Part shown: one piece after another, positions 1 through 10,994 of the stretch
Layout: every line of letters starts with the position of its first letter
Numbering within the stretch: the stretch's first letter is position 1
Source: an uncultured bacterium
GTDB lineage: Bacteria > Auribacterota > Erginobacteria > Erginobacterales > Erginobacteraceae
Assembly (NCBI GenBank): GCA_963822585.1
Contig: CAWGIE010000030.1
Location: 1 to 23,201 of the forward strand
Direction of reading: 5' to 3'
Length of the DNA: 23,201 nucleotides
Notes under the pieces: generated by a model
The model's database searches: none
Told to the model about the DNA's origin: nothing
The model's input: the letters and a program-made list of their open reading frames with translations, nothing else
Made by a program: the position numbers and the translations under genes

Positions 1-3000
1 TTTGCCACTGATCGAAGGTGGATCGTTTCCCTAACCAGTAGCCGATGTCGGCGCCGGAGGTGGCGTAAAGGACGTTATAATTGGATCTCAGAATGCTGTT
101 GGGAGAGGAGGCGTAGAAGGCGTAGTTTCCCGTTCCGTCGGCCCAGAGGATGTTGTTAGCGAAGAGGGAGTTGCCGCCCGCTGATCCTAAGAAATACAGC
201 TCGCCCGAGTTATGGTAAGAGGTGTTGTTGATTATCCGAGCTTCAATGGTGGAGCCCGCGAACTGGAAACCGTAGCCGGCATTCCCGTAGGCCAGGTTGT
301 TGGAGATGCTGGCGTTTTTCGATCCGATAAAGTAAAAACCGTAGTCGCATTTTCCCGTGAATCGTTGTCCCGGATGACCGCGCCCGACAATCCCCGAGAA
401 ACATGCCGAGGGCGTTATCCGGTCCGGTTCCCTTCCACCCGCGATGCGGCGCGCAGATATAAGTAAAAGCCGTTGGAGTTATTGGAATAACTCAGGTTGT
501 CGAGAGCGGAAGTGAATCCGGGCATGTTGTTAAGAAAGATTCCCACTCCCTGGTTGAAGGAAGCGGAGTTCCCCGTTAGCGTGCTCCCGGTCACCTGATT
601 GAGGAGAACCCGTCGCTCTCATTGTGATCGGCGGCGGATCCTCGATCAGGTCGTCATTCCCCTTGTAGATATCGATGCCCCGCCCGTAACTGTAGGAAAA
701 GACGCAGCCGGCTATGTGCAGGTTCGAGGAGAGGGAGGAATAAAGGCCGTCTCCTCCCCCTCCCTCACGATCATGTTGGTCAGGGAGGAGTGGGAGGTAT
801 TGGGCAGGAAAGGGCGTTCCCGTTGGTATTGAAGACCCAGAGATGGTCGAGGTTGACAAAGGACTTTGCCATCAAGAAGCAGTTCTCGACCTCGCCCTCG
901 ATGTCGAGGATTGAGGATTGGGGGAACCGGTCAGGGTCAGGGGTTTCCCCGCGGTTCCCGAGATCGGGATGGTGATGGTGGCGGTGATGGGTAGAGACTG
1001 GTGTCCACATAGACGGTGTCTCCCGGGAGCATGGTGTGGTTGGTGAAGACGGCATGGATCGAGTCGCGGGGGGGTGGCGGGGCTGAGCCCGTCGTGACTT
1101 GGCCAGGGGAGGCCGGCGGTGGTACAGTAGTAATCCCACTCCGTGTCGGCGTCATTGACATAGAAGTTTCTCCCGGAGGCGGGAGAGGGGGAGCGGGAAC
1201 CCTGGATCGTGTTTCCATAAGCCCCCGAGTTGATCCGGGCGCCATTGGGGGCGGATTCCAGGGCGTAAACCGAGAAGACGCGGCCCCGGTCCACCCCGGG
1301 AGAGGTCTGGGTATCGGTCGTCCAGGATCCCCCATCCCATCGGCCGCCCGTGCTCAGCAAGTGGAAATCATCCGTCCCCGGGGCAAAGAGGGGGTCGGGA
1401 TTGAGACTGCTCTGGTCCTGAAAGCTGGCCCCGGTCCAGGCGGCGAACGTCGGCAACGTCGATCGTTCCAGTACCCTGCCGACCCCCCGGCTGTTCCATA
1501 GATGTCGTTGTAGTTGGAACTGAACTCGACCTGGCTCTCGCTCTCCACGAAGAGGGCTATTTTCCGGAACCGCCTGCCCAGAGGATATTGTTGAGCAAAT
1601 CGCAGTCGGTGGAGCCGACCGGGTGGTAGGGGCCGGAGGAACGTCGTCCTCCAGGAAGACCTCACTGGTCCCGTTTCGGGCGCTGGTGTTGTTCTCGATC
1701 AGAGAATGGTGAGAGGCAAAGAGATGGATCCCGGCCAGAGTATTATCGTACACCCGCATGTTTTTAATCGTGGTGTAATCGCCCGTCGCCTCGATCCCGT
1801 CGCCCCCGTTGGCATAACTGGCCCCCCCGAGCAAAGTATTGTGGTCTCCGCTGATGAGGACGCCGCTGGCAAGGGCCCCGGTAAAGGCGAAGTTCTCGAC
1901 CTGGAAGTAATCTCCGCTGATGGTCAAGCAGTGATCGTACATGCCGCCGGCGTCGAGAATGACCTCGCCGTTGTAACCGGTGATCCGGACCGGGGCTTCG
2001 CTCGATCCCGCGTCGGCGGCGGAAAACTCAAGCGGGGCGGAGAGGGGATAAGTCCCGGCGTCCACGTAGACGATGTCCCCGGGGTTGAGGGTGACATTGT
2101 CCATAATCCAACGCAGCCCGGTGGTCGCGCTCTCGATATCGGTGGCGTGATAAACCCCCAGGGTCCGGAACGTCCAGTAGGTCCCGACTGTGTCGGCGTC
2201 TCCGCAGAAACCCCGCTCGTTCACGGGGTCGGCGTCGTCGCGGGCGTTTACCCGCCAGTAATAGACGGTATTGGGCTGGAGGGCCGGGTGCCAGATGGGG
2301 AAAGTCCTCCAGCCCGAGTTTTGGAGGGCGGGGGAGTTGAAGAGAGAAGTGGTGTCGATCTGGAAGTAGTAGGGGTCCGCGTTCAACCCGGCGGGGGAGT
2401 CGGCGGCCGTGCGCGCGGCCAGGGTGGTGGAGACCGGCTCTCTCTGGCTTCCGTTGTCAGGGAGGTGGCAGCCGACATTGGATGGGGGCGTGTTATCCGC
2501 GGTGAAAAAGCCGCTGGTGTCTTCGGCGTAGAAGGCGGGGCCGCCCGGGGAGGAGATCTTGAGTTGGTAGTCGGCGCTGTCCCCGGCGGCGGAGAGAGTG
2601 TTCCAACTTGAATACACGCCGGTGATGTAGGAGAGGCCGGAGGTGATCTCGAAGAAGGAGACTCCGTCCTTGGTGTATTCCAGCCGGATGGTGTCGGAGG
2701 GCGCCCAGCCCGTTCCGTGAAAGGCCCAGAGAATCTCGTGACTCCGGCTCCATTTCTCGGTCCCCCAGGGGCTGCCCAGGGGCGAGGAGAGAGAGAGAGT
2801 CTTCAAATCCCTGCGGGACGCCTGGGGGGTGTTCCCGTAAGCCCCGATGTTGATCCTCCCGCCATTAGGTTCGAGTTCCCGGTCGTAGTCGTCGGCGGGA
2901 TCGCCCTTGTTCAGGGCCGGGCTGTTATTCGCGTCGCTCACCCATTTTCCTTCCGATATCTGCCCCCTTGGCTGAAGATGTGAAAATCCCCCCCGAGGGC

Positions 3001-6000
3001 GTCGGCGAAGAGGGGGTCGGCGGAGAAGCCGTGACCGTCTTGGCGGGTGGCGTCGCGCCAGTCGTCGAAGGTACTGCGGGCGGATCCCCAGTAGCCGAGC
3101 GTGGCCCCGCTCAGGATATGGTAGAGGTTGTAATCGGCGGAGTGGCCCTGGTCGGCGGGGTTGGCATATTGGAAATAGAGCCCGGTATTCCCGGCCCCCT
3201 CGATCCAGAAGATGTTGTCGGAGAATCTCGCGTTGGAATTGTTGTTGCGGATATAGATACCCCAGTTGGTGTTCTTGTAAAAGACGCTGTTTCTGACGGT
3301 AGGGTTTTGCTCCGGCTTATGAAGATTCCGGCGTCTCCGTTTCCAGGATAAGGTTGTTGGCGAGCACACAATCGTTCGAGGAGTCGAGATAGATCCCCAG
3401 TATCCCGGGCAGGTGTTCTCCGATATGGTTTGCCCGGGGACATTGTAGAGTTGGAGCCCGTAGTAGTTATCAAGCAGGGTGTTCCCTGTTATTGTGAAGG
3501 ACTTGTATTGCAGTAAATCCCGGCGGTATATTCCCCCCCGTTGTCCGAACATAAATTACTTCAAAAAGATTGGCACCGATGACCTGATAGAGATAAATTC
3601 CGTGATTGGAATTGCGCGAAACGGTATTCCCCGTGATCTGGGCGGTGTTCCCCTGAAAAAAGTAAATGCCGTAACCCTGGTTATCCTGGATATTATTCCC
3701 GCTGATCCGGGGGTAGTTCAAACAACGATTGAAGTAAATTCCGGCGCCCGAGTTGAGGAGAATCTGGGTGTCGCGGATCAGGGGGTTGTTGGACAGAACC
3801 AGATAGATGCCATTCCCGCCGGAGGTCGTGACCGGCAGTCCGGAGGCGGAAGGAGTTGGAACTTAAGGAGGTGATCCCGTCGGAAAAGGCGTTGATGAAC
3901 TGAAGGCTGTTCAGGGAGATATAGTGAGCGGCGCTTAGGCTGACGCAATTCGTGACGGTCCCGGCCGCGTCGAGAGTGGAGCCTTCCGGGGAACCGGAGA
4001 GGGTGATCGGGCTTCCGGCGCTTCCCGATTTGCTGATGGCTATGGTGGAAGCCAGGGTATAGAAACCGGTATCTATAAAGATCGTGTCTCCCCCGGCGAC
4101 GGTGTAGTTGGTGAAGACCGCCTGGACGGAGTCGAGGGGGCTGGCGGGGCTGCTGCCGTTATGGAGCGGCCAGGGGAGGCCCCCGGTGGAACAGAAGTAA
4201 TCGTACTCGGTGGAGGTGTCGTTGACATAGAAGTTCCGGCCGGTTTTGCCCGGCGAACGGGAAGCATCCACCGTGTTGCCGAAGGCCCCCAGGTTGATCC
4301 GTCCGCCGCCGGGGGCGGACTCCAGGCCGCAAGCGGAAAGGGGATCCCCCCGGTCCAGCCCCGGAGAGTTGCTCCCATCCGCGATCCAGCCGAGGCCGGG
4401 CTTGTAGCTCGCGTTCGTGCTCTGGAGGCGGTAGTTCCCCCCTCCGACAAAGAGAGGGTTGGCGCTGATGCTGTTCGGATCCCCGGCGGAGGCCCCGGTC
4501 CAGGCCGAGAAGGTTGCCCGGGTGGCGGAGTTCCAGTAGCCGACCTGGGCGGGGGCGGAGGCGAAGAGGTCGTTGTAGTCGGAATCGAACCCCGTCTGGC
4601 TCTCGGGCTCGACGAAGATCGCGATCTGTCCCCCGGTCCCTGTAGCCCAGGCGACATTGTTGCGCAGAACGGCGTCGCTGGATCCGTTCAGTCCCGAGTC
4701 CTCGAGATGGATTTCCCGGGTCCTGTTAGCCGTGCAGGTGTTATTCTCCAGTGTGGAAGAATAGCTGGAGATCAGGCGGATCCCCGCCCCCAGGTTTTTG
4801 TAAACGAGCATGTTCCTGATTTGAGGGTAATCGCCGCTCACCTTGATCCCATCCCCCCCGTTCAGAAACGATCTCCCCCCCTGGAGAGTGACGTGATCGC
4901 CATCGATCAGGATCCCGCTGGAGACCGCCCCGGTGCAGGAAAAGTTCTCCACCTGGAACCAGTCCCCGGTTACCCACAGGCCGTAGGCCGCGGTCCCGGT
5001 CCCGTCCAGGAGCACCTCCCCATTCAACCCTAAGATCCGGACCGGGGAGCCTTCCACCCCTTCATCGGCCGGGGCGAAGACGAGCGGCTCGGAGATGGTG
5101 TAGCTGCCGGGATCGACATAGACGATGTCCCCCTGTCCGAGGTCCTCGTTCTGGAGTATCCAGCGCAGGCCATCAGTGACCGCGGCCGCCTCGCTCGCCT
5201 CCACGGTCAGCGCATGGTAGATCCCCTGGGTCCGGAAGTAACGGTACGATCCGGGGGTCCCGGTCTCCGATTGGAACTCGGTGACATTGCTGGGGTCGGC
5301 GTCGTCGCGCCCCCGGACCTGCCAGTAGTAGGTGGTGTTCGAGTTCAGGCTTACGGTCCAGAGGTTGTTGGCGATCCAGCCGGAGGTTAAAAGTCCGGGG
5401 GAGGAGAAGCCGGGGTCGGTATCCACCCGGAAGTAATACGGCGTCGAGTTCAGCCCGGCGGGAGAATCGGTGAAAGTTCGGGCGATCAGGGTGGTGAGGC
5501 TGGTGATGCCGAGGGCGCCGTCGGCAGGGACCGAACAGCCGACATTGCCCGGGGGGGTGTTGTCCACTACGATGATCCCGCTTCGGGCCTCGGCCGCCCG
5601 GGGGGACGATCCGGCGGTATGCTCGATCCTGGTTCGTCCCGTGCCGGATTCGGCGTTGGATTCGGTGTTCCAGGCGTAAGGGGAGGCATCATAGGCGATC
5701 CCCGAGGTGAGAGCGGCCCAGTTGACCGAGTCGGTCGAGTAAGAGATGGAGAGAGGTCCGCGCCTGTCCAGCCGTCACCGAAGGCCCGCCAGGAGATATC
5801 GTGGGTTCCGCTCCACTTCTCCCCGGCCAGGGGATGGCCCAGGGGTGAGTCTGTGACGAGGCTGCGCCGGCTCGATTTCGAGGCCTCGGCGGTGTTGCCG
5901 TAGTCGCCGATATTGACCCGGTAGCCGTTCGGGTCGGGCTCCCGGAAGAAGTCGGCCCCGGCGGGCTGGACCACGAGAGATCCGGTGGCGTGGGCGAAGG

Positions 6001-7634
6001 CGACCCCCGCCGTCCCGTTCAGTGTGTTTCCCGAGATCCCGGTGTAGCTGACGAAATCTCCTTCCAGCCCCGCCCAGGCCGGTCCGTCCGCGAACCCGGC
6101 GGCGGTGGAGAGAAGCAGGCTGGACGCCCTTGGTTCCACCGAGGCGGCAAGGGTGGCGCTGGTGAAACTCACCGCCCCCGCGTTCAGGGCCGGGCTCGAT
6201 TCGCTGTCCTCGTACCAGTCACCGTCCAGGTAACGACCCTCCGTGCTCTGGAGGTGGAAATCGTCCCCGGCGGGGTTGAAGAAAAGAGGGTCGCCCCCGA
6301 TGCTGTGTCCGTCCTGCCCGCTTCCCAGGACCCAGGAGCGGAGGTCGGAGAGGGGATCTTGTCCCAATACCCGAGGATCGCCCCCCCGGTGGGGTTGATC
6401 AGGTTGAAGTCGAGAATGATATCGTCCTCCAAACCCGGGGCCTTGCCAAAGTAGTAAGCGAAATTTCCGGCGCCCTGGGGCCAGAAGATGTTATTAATCG
6501 TGGTCAGATGCTGGGTGTAATCCTGTAAATAGATGCCCCAACTTTCCCAGAAGATGTTCCCGGATATAAGAGTATAAACAGGCCGCTGGCCGAAAATGGC
6601 ATACGTGCCCAGCTCCTCCTGGAACAGGCAGCCCCGGATAGCGATGGAGTCGGTGTGGAGAGCGGATGAAGCCTGCTGTTGCCGAGAAATGGCACCCGAA
6701 AATCTCCGATTTACTGGTACTGCTCAGGTTAAGCCCTGCTTATTGCCCCGGGCCAGGCCGCCTCGATCCGGAGGCGATCGCCCCTGTCCAGGAAAAGGCC
6801 GAATTACTGGTTTCCGACGGCCCGGACGTCGTAAAGGACGGTATTCGAACAGGAAGCAATGTAAAGTCCATGACAGGGCGACGACTGCGCGGTAAAATGA
6901 GCAAGGTCGAGATAGCTCCCGGTCGTCACGTGCAGGCAGGGCTGCGCGGCCGCCAGGTTGACCCCGCTGAAGACTGTCCCGTTGGGCGAACCGGCGAAAG
7001 CCAGCTGGGCGTCGGCGCTGCCTTTGTCGGCGGAGGTAATGTATATTTCATGGGGAAGGCTCCAGCTCCCGGTATCCACATAAACCACGTCCCCCGGCCC
7101 CAGGACCTTCTCATCAATGATGGACTGAAGGTTCCATTTCGGTGTGGCTGGAGTCAGACCGTTGTTGGCGTTATCACCCGGCGCGCTGCAATAAACGTCG
7201 TTGGATGTGTCAGTGTCGTTGACGAAGAAGGATGTCCCGGTCGGCGCCGAGTTGCTGATAGTGAAATCGTACCCGCTCTCGTCAAAGACGGTGGAATCCG
7301 CCGTCCAGGACACTTTAATCCGGTAGTTAGAGAGACTGCTGGTCGCCCCGGTGTAAAAACGAAACTCTTCCAGGTCGTAGGGGAGGTTGGTGGCGAGCTG
7401 GGTGTCGTAGGTGACGCCGCTGTCCGCCGAAAGTTCGATCTTGACCGTATCGGTCGGTCCCCAGCCGCTGGTGGACGTGGACCAGGTGATGTCGTTCGCC
7501 CCGCTCCAGACCAGCCCGTTGGTATTGGGCGAGATCAGAGTGATCGTCTGTCCGAAAGCCGGACTGCCTGCCGCAAGTAAGAGTAAGGGCAAGATGACGA
7601 TCAGGGCAATGAAGAAAAAACGGGGCTTTTTCAT
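1..7634 (-). CDS. Giant secreted right-handed parallel beta-helix (pectin-lyase-like) repeat protein, >2500 aa, C-terminus beyond the window; split into several ORFs by frameshifts
   Basis: Starts MKKPRFFFIALIVILPLLLLAAGSPAFG (signal peptide) at 7634. Consecutive minus-strand ORFs (6804-7634, 5567-6367, 3693-5567, 3470-3721, 2938-3552, 872-2941) share recurring motifs: FYVND..DYYC, GD.VYVD.G.Y, N-rich beta-helix rungs (GI.L...S...ENNT), DPLF....DFHL.S..GR, GGRIN.GAYGNT..AS, and Ig/Fn3-like segments (NT.YYW.V..RDDADP). Confidence 0.85.
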
Positions 7635-7683
7635 TATAAATAAAATTTTTACTGTGTAAAAATTTTAGTCTTGAAAGGTTTTT

Positions 7684-7774
7684 CGTAGTGCAAGGCTTCA
7701 GCCCTGCCCGGAATATATCGTAGTGCAGGGCTTTAGCCCTGCTCAGACAAAGCAGGGCTAAAGCCCTGGATTAC
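7684..7774. repeat. GTAG-type REP cluster (CGTAGTGCAGGGCTTTAGCCCTGC; two direct copies and one inverted copy)
   Basis: Copies at 7684-7707, 7719-7742 and inverted at 7752-7774. Each is a GTAG tetranucleotide followed by a GC-rich palindrome. The same family recurs at 10887-10972. Confidence 0.75.
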
Positions 7775-8081
7775 CGAGGTTGCCCCGCCGAAGGAGGGGC
7801 TAAGTGCATGCTTCGGAATTTCCCCGATACATATCGGGGTGCGCCTTCGGCGCACAATAAATGTTGTCCAAATGGAGCCGCCCCGTATTAGGTGGGACGC
7901 CACCTTGCGCACCCTAAAGGGTGCGGCTACCTAATAATTAGCACGAAGCGCTAAGTTCCTGCTTCAGAATTCCAATACTGCTGTGTAAAGTGTGTCAGGT
8001 GTAAGGATTCCTTACACTTTCCACTTCAAACTTTACACCAAGTTGCGCTGCAAGCGCCAACTTGTATAAATATTCACTTAC

Positions 8082-8110
8082 AATATAATACATATAAAGA
8101 GGGGAGTCAA
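8082..8110 (-). promoter_or_regulatory. Candidate sigma70 promoter for the giant beta-helix gene
   Basis: Minus strand reads TTGACT-17 nt-TATATT. Confidence 0.5.
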
Positions 8111-8133
8111 CGGGAGCGATCATTTATTTTTAG

Positions 8134-8295
8134 GGTTCTCTTCCATTTTGTGTAAGTAAATTATGGTTCTCATGGAGTGCAGCGACCATGTCGCTGCATG
8201 CATTGACACGGTCAATGCACTCCAAAATAGCTCTAGAATGCGATTATACGCACTTTTGGAGTATAATAAACGCCCACACAAAATGGAAGAGAACC
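8134..8295. mobile_element. MITE-like element with 20-bp perfect terminal inverted repeats and an internal palindromic REP-like core
   Basis: GGTTCTCTTCCATTTTGTGT (8134-8153) is the exact reverse complement of 8276-8295. Internal double hairpin TGGAGTGC...GCACTCCA at about 8173-8224. Confidence 0.55.
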
Positions 8296-8696
8296 AATGA
8301 ATTTTATAAGAGATTGCTTCATCGCTTATTGCCCTGAATTCTTCAGGGCAAAAGCTTCTCGCAATGACTTATAGTGAAACCGTGTCTACACATAATGGAT
8401 AAGAAGCATTTTTATTTGCTTCCATCCCTCTTTTTATATTAGACTCGACATGCTGAAAATAGGTTCACAACTATAATTTCTCCATAGGGGCCTGGTTCCT
8501 AAATGGTAAAAGGTTGAAATCTCAGGGAGCTAATTTACTGTTTCGGAATTTCAATAATCTTATTTTTTCTACGAAAAAATAGGAATGCGCAAGCATTGAA
8601 CCGACAGTGCAGGGATATTTTAAAGAAAATTCGTGTAATTCGCGTAATTCGTAGTTTTATTTAGTCGCCCGAGCGAAGCGAGGGCTAAGTTCTATT

Positions 8697-10335
8697 ATGG
8701 AGACAACCGCCGAATACCGCCGGCTTTTCGACCGGATAACGTTAACCGGTTTCATTATCCTGGTTGCTATTGTCATCGGCCTTCTTTCCTGGGGGATTTA
8801 TTACTCCCGGCATTATGAAGGGATAGTGACGATTGATGCCATGAACCAGGCTCAGATTGCCCGCCATCTCTATTTGGGAGAAGGCCTTACGACCAGTTTT
8901 ATCAAGCCGGTATCTATTTTGCTGGGGAATTACTCTGCACGAACCCCGGATTGCTATATCTCGCCTTTACCTATTCTGATTCTCTCCCGATTCCTTAGCG
9001 TCATCGGGCTGAATGACTTCGCGATTCTTGGTTATTCGGTTTTCTGGGCTTTTTTTACCGGGATCCTGCTTTTAGTCTTGTCACGGTTGTTGTTCCATAA
9101 TCTGATCATTGCCTTACTGACTTTTCTGGTCTACATGTTCAATATCGGTATCCTGGAAAGTGCTTTCTCCGGGCTTTCCATGCCGTATATTTCCTGTATC
9201 CTGCTGATTTATATATGGTTATATTATATTCGGAACCGTTCTTCCCTGGTCTGGACCGCGGTTTTAGGCGGCATCGCCGGTATTCTGTATTTGAGCGAGT
9301 TTGATTTCCTGTTTCTGGCTGCTCCTCTGGCAATGGTGACTGTCATTGAATCCAAAGGCAACAGATGGATTCACGCGCTGGTCTTCCTCTTCGCTGGTAT
9401 CCTGATCTCTCTCCCCTGGCTGATTAGGAACACGGTCATCACCGGAAATCCATTCTTCTCCCTCAGATGGTTTGACTTTAGATCTTTCAGCCAGATCTTT
9501 CCCGGGAATAAAATTACCCGGGATTATGCCATCTCCTCGCTGGCGGTTTCCTTCCCGATTGCTGTTTTATGGAATAAGTTTCTGATGTTCAGCCGGTTAA
9601 TGTATTCTTTGTGGCTCTCACTTTCTTTTTCTTTTTCTTCTCCCGATATACCTGGGAAGCGTTTTCTTGCGGTTTAAAGACGATAAATGGAAGAGAGCGG
9701 CGGGATTATCGGTAATCCTCTTCTTCTCCCAGCTGGTTTTAATCGCGGCCGGGAATGGCGATTTCGCGCGTCTCTTGTACTTCCTGCCCCTGATGATTCT
9801 GGGCGGCATGGCCGGCTTTATCCAATTACTCTCCGATCTTAAACTAAAAACCAGGAAACGATACTGGGTAGTCCTCTCTATCTTCTGTTTCGCTAATTTT
9901 TTCCCGGGGCTGGACACTCTGATATTCGGCCTTCCCGGGCAGAGGTATATATCAACGGTATTTTCCAAAGATGACGCTGCCCTTCTGAGAGAGAGCGGCT
10001 CCATGGAGAAGATCCGGGGGATGATGAAGGAAGACGAGATTGTCGTCTCCGATATCCCGTGGGCGATAGCCTGGTATGCCGGCCGGAAAGCGGTATGGAT
10101 CCCCTGGGAGATTGAACAGATGAAGACTATTAAGCAAAAAGTCGCGAATATCCGTTTTCTTCATCTTTCCCCGATGATTTTCAAATATCCCGAGATCGAG
10201 AATATGAATGCCTGGCGAGAAATCTATAAAAGCGGGATGGTCCCGGAGTGGCTGGACGTCGATCGGGGTATTCTTCTTCCCGGGGACCAACTTTTCATGG
10301 GGGACATCATCTTTGAACGGCTCAACCTGGAATAG
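8697..10335 (+). CDS. Multi-pass membrane glycosyltransferase, GT-C fold (ArnT/PMT, GT39/GT83-like), with a single frameshift near 9627-9631
   Basis: N-terminal TM helix then D...AQIARHL..GEG; many TM helices; PWLIRN...TGNPFFS motif; soluble C-terminal part (VSDIPWAIAWYAGR). Removing one T from the T-run at 9627-9631 joins ORFs 8697-9677 and 9667-10335. Confidence 0.75.
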
Positions 10336-10529
10336 CCTCTACCTCCCCCCCTTTATAACAGACGAATTGAATGTGATTGAATGGGATTTGTGGCCTCTAC
10401 CTCGGCCCCTTTTAGAGTCCACTAATTGCACTAATTGACACTAATGTTTTGCCCCCCACCTCACCCCCTTTTATTAGCCGCAAAAATGCGCAAAAAACGC
10501 AAAAGTTACTCACCTCTCGGCTCTTTTTT
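10336..10529 (-). repeat. 58-bp-period array: four G-rich repeats (minus strand AAAAGGGGCCGAGGTAGAGG-like) separated by three different triplet-motif spacers
   Basis: Repeat copies start at 10336, 10394, 10452 and about 10510. Spacers: AACAGACGAATTGAATGTGATTGAATGGGATT, CCACTAATTGCACTAATTGACACTAAT, GCCGCAAAAATGCGCAAAAAACGCAAAA. Confidence 0.8.
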
Positions 10530-10796
10530 ATAAAACTTCGGGGTGGGGAAGACGATTGTCGCAGATCCGGCAGTCTTATTGACGGAAATGTGATTGGATA
10601 GGATTTTTTCCTGTGTCCGAAGCATGTAAAAAGGTAAGCAGTAGAAGTGACATCCGGGTGCCGGGCCAACCGCTTACTGATCACTGCTTACTGATTACCT
10701 TTTTTTATTTGACGTTCAGTCTGTATTCCGTACCCTCAGCTGTCAACCATTTGACAGTCAGCGAAGCTTCCCCCGCACCGCGGTGGAAATTAGCTC

Positions 10797-10825
10797 TTGC
10801 ATGTAAAAAAGCTTTTTAGTATAAA
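10797..10825 (+). promoter_or_regulatory. Candidate sigma70 promoter for the TPR-Wza gene
   Basis: TTGCAT-17 nt-TATAAA about 170 bp upstream of the ATG at 10995. Confidence 0.4.
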
Positions 10826-10886
10826 GACACCTCATACCTCATTCTAGAATGTTTTGTTTTTTTTACTTTGGAATTGCAGAATTGCT

Positions 10887-10972
10887 CGTAGTGCAGGACT
10901 TCAGTCCTGCCCAAGTTAAGCAGGGCTTCAGCCTGAGGCTGATCCGCCTTGGGCGGAAAAACCCTGCACTCC
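10887..10972. repeat. Inverted GTAG-type REP pair, second copy interrupted by a 30-bp double-hairpin element
   Basis: CGTAGTGCAGGACTTCAGTCCTGC (10887-10910), then GCAGGGCT[TCAGCCTGAGGCTGATCCGCCTTGGGCGGA]AAACCCTGCACTCC. Confidence 0.7.
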
Positions 10973-10994
10973 AAGACGCGCCGAAGGCGCTAAT

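Noticed and set aside
212..7659. Plus-strand ORFs opposite the giant gene (e.g. 1706-2611, 4161-5033, 6666-7580)
   Set aside because: Antisense shadows of a GC-rich coding strand with no recognisable motifs.
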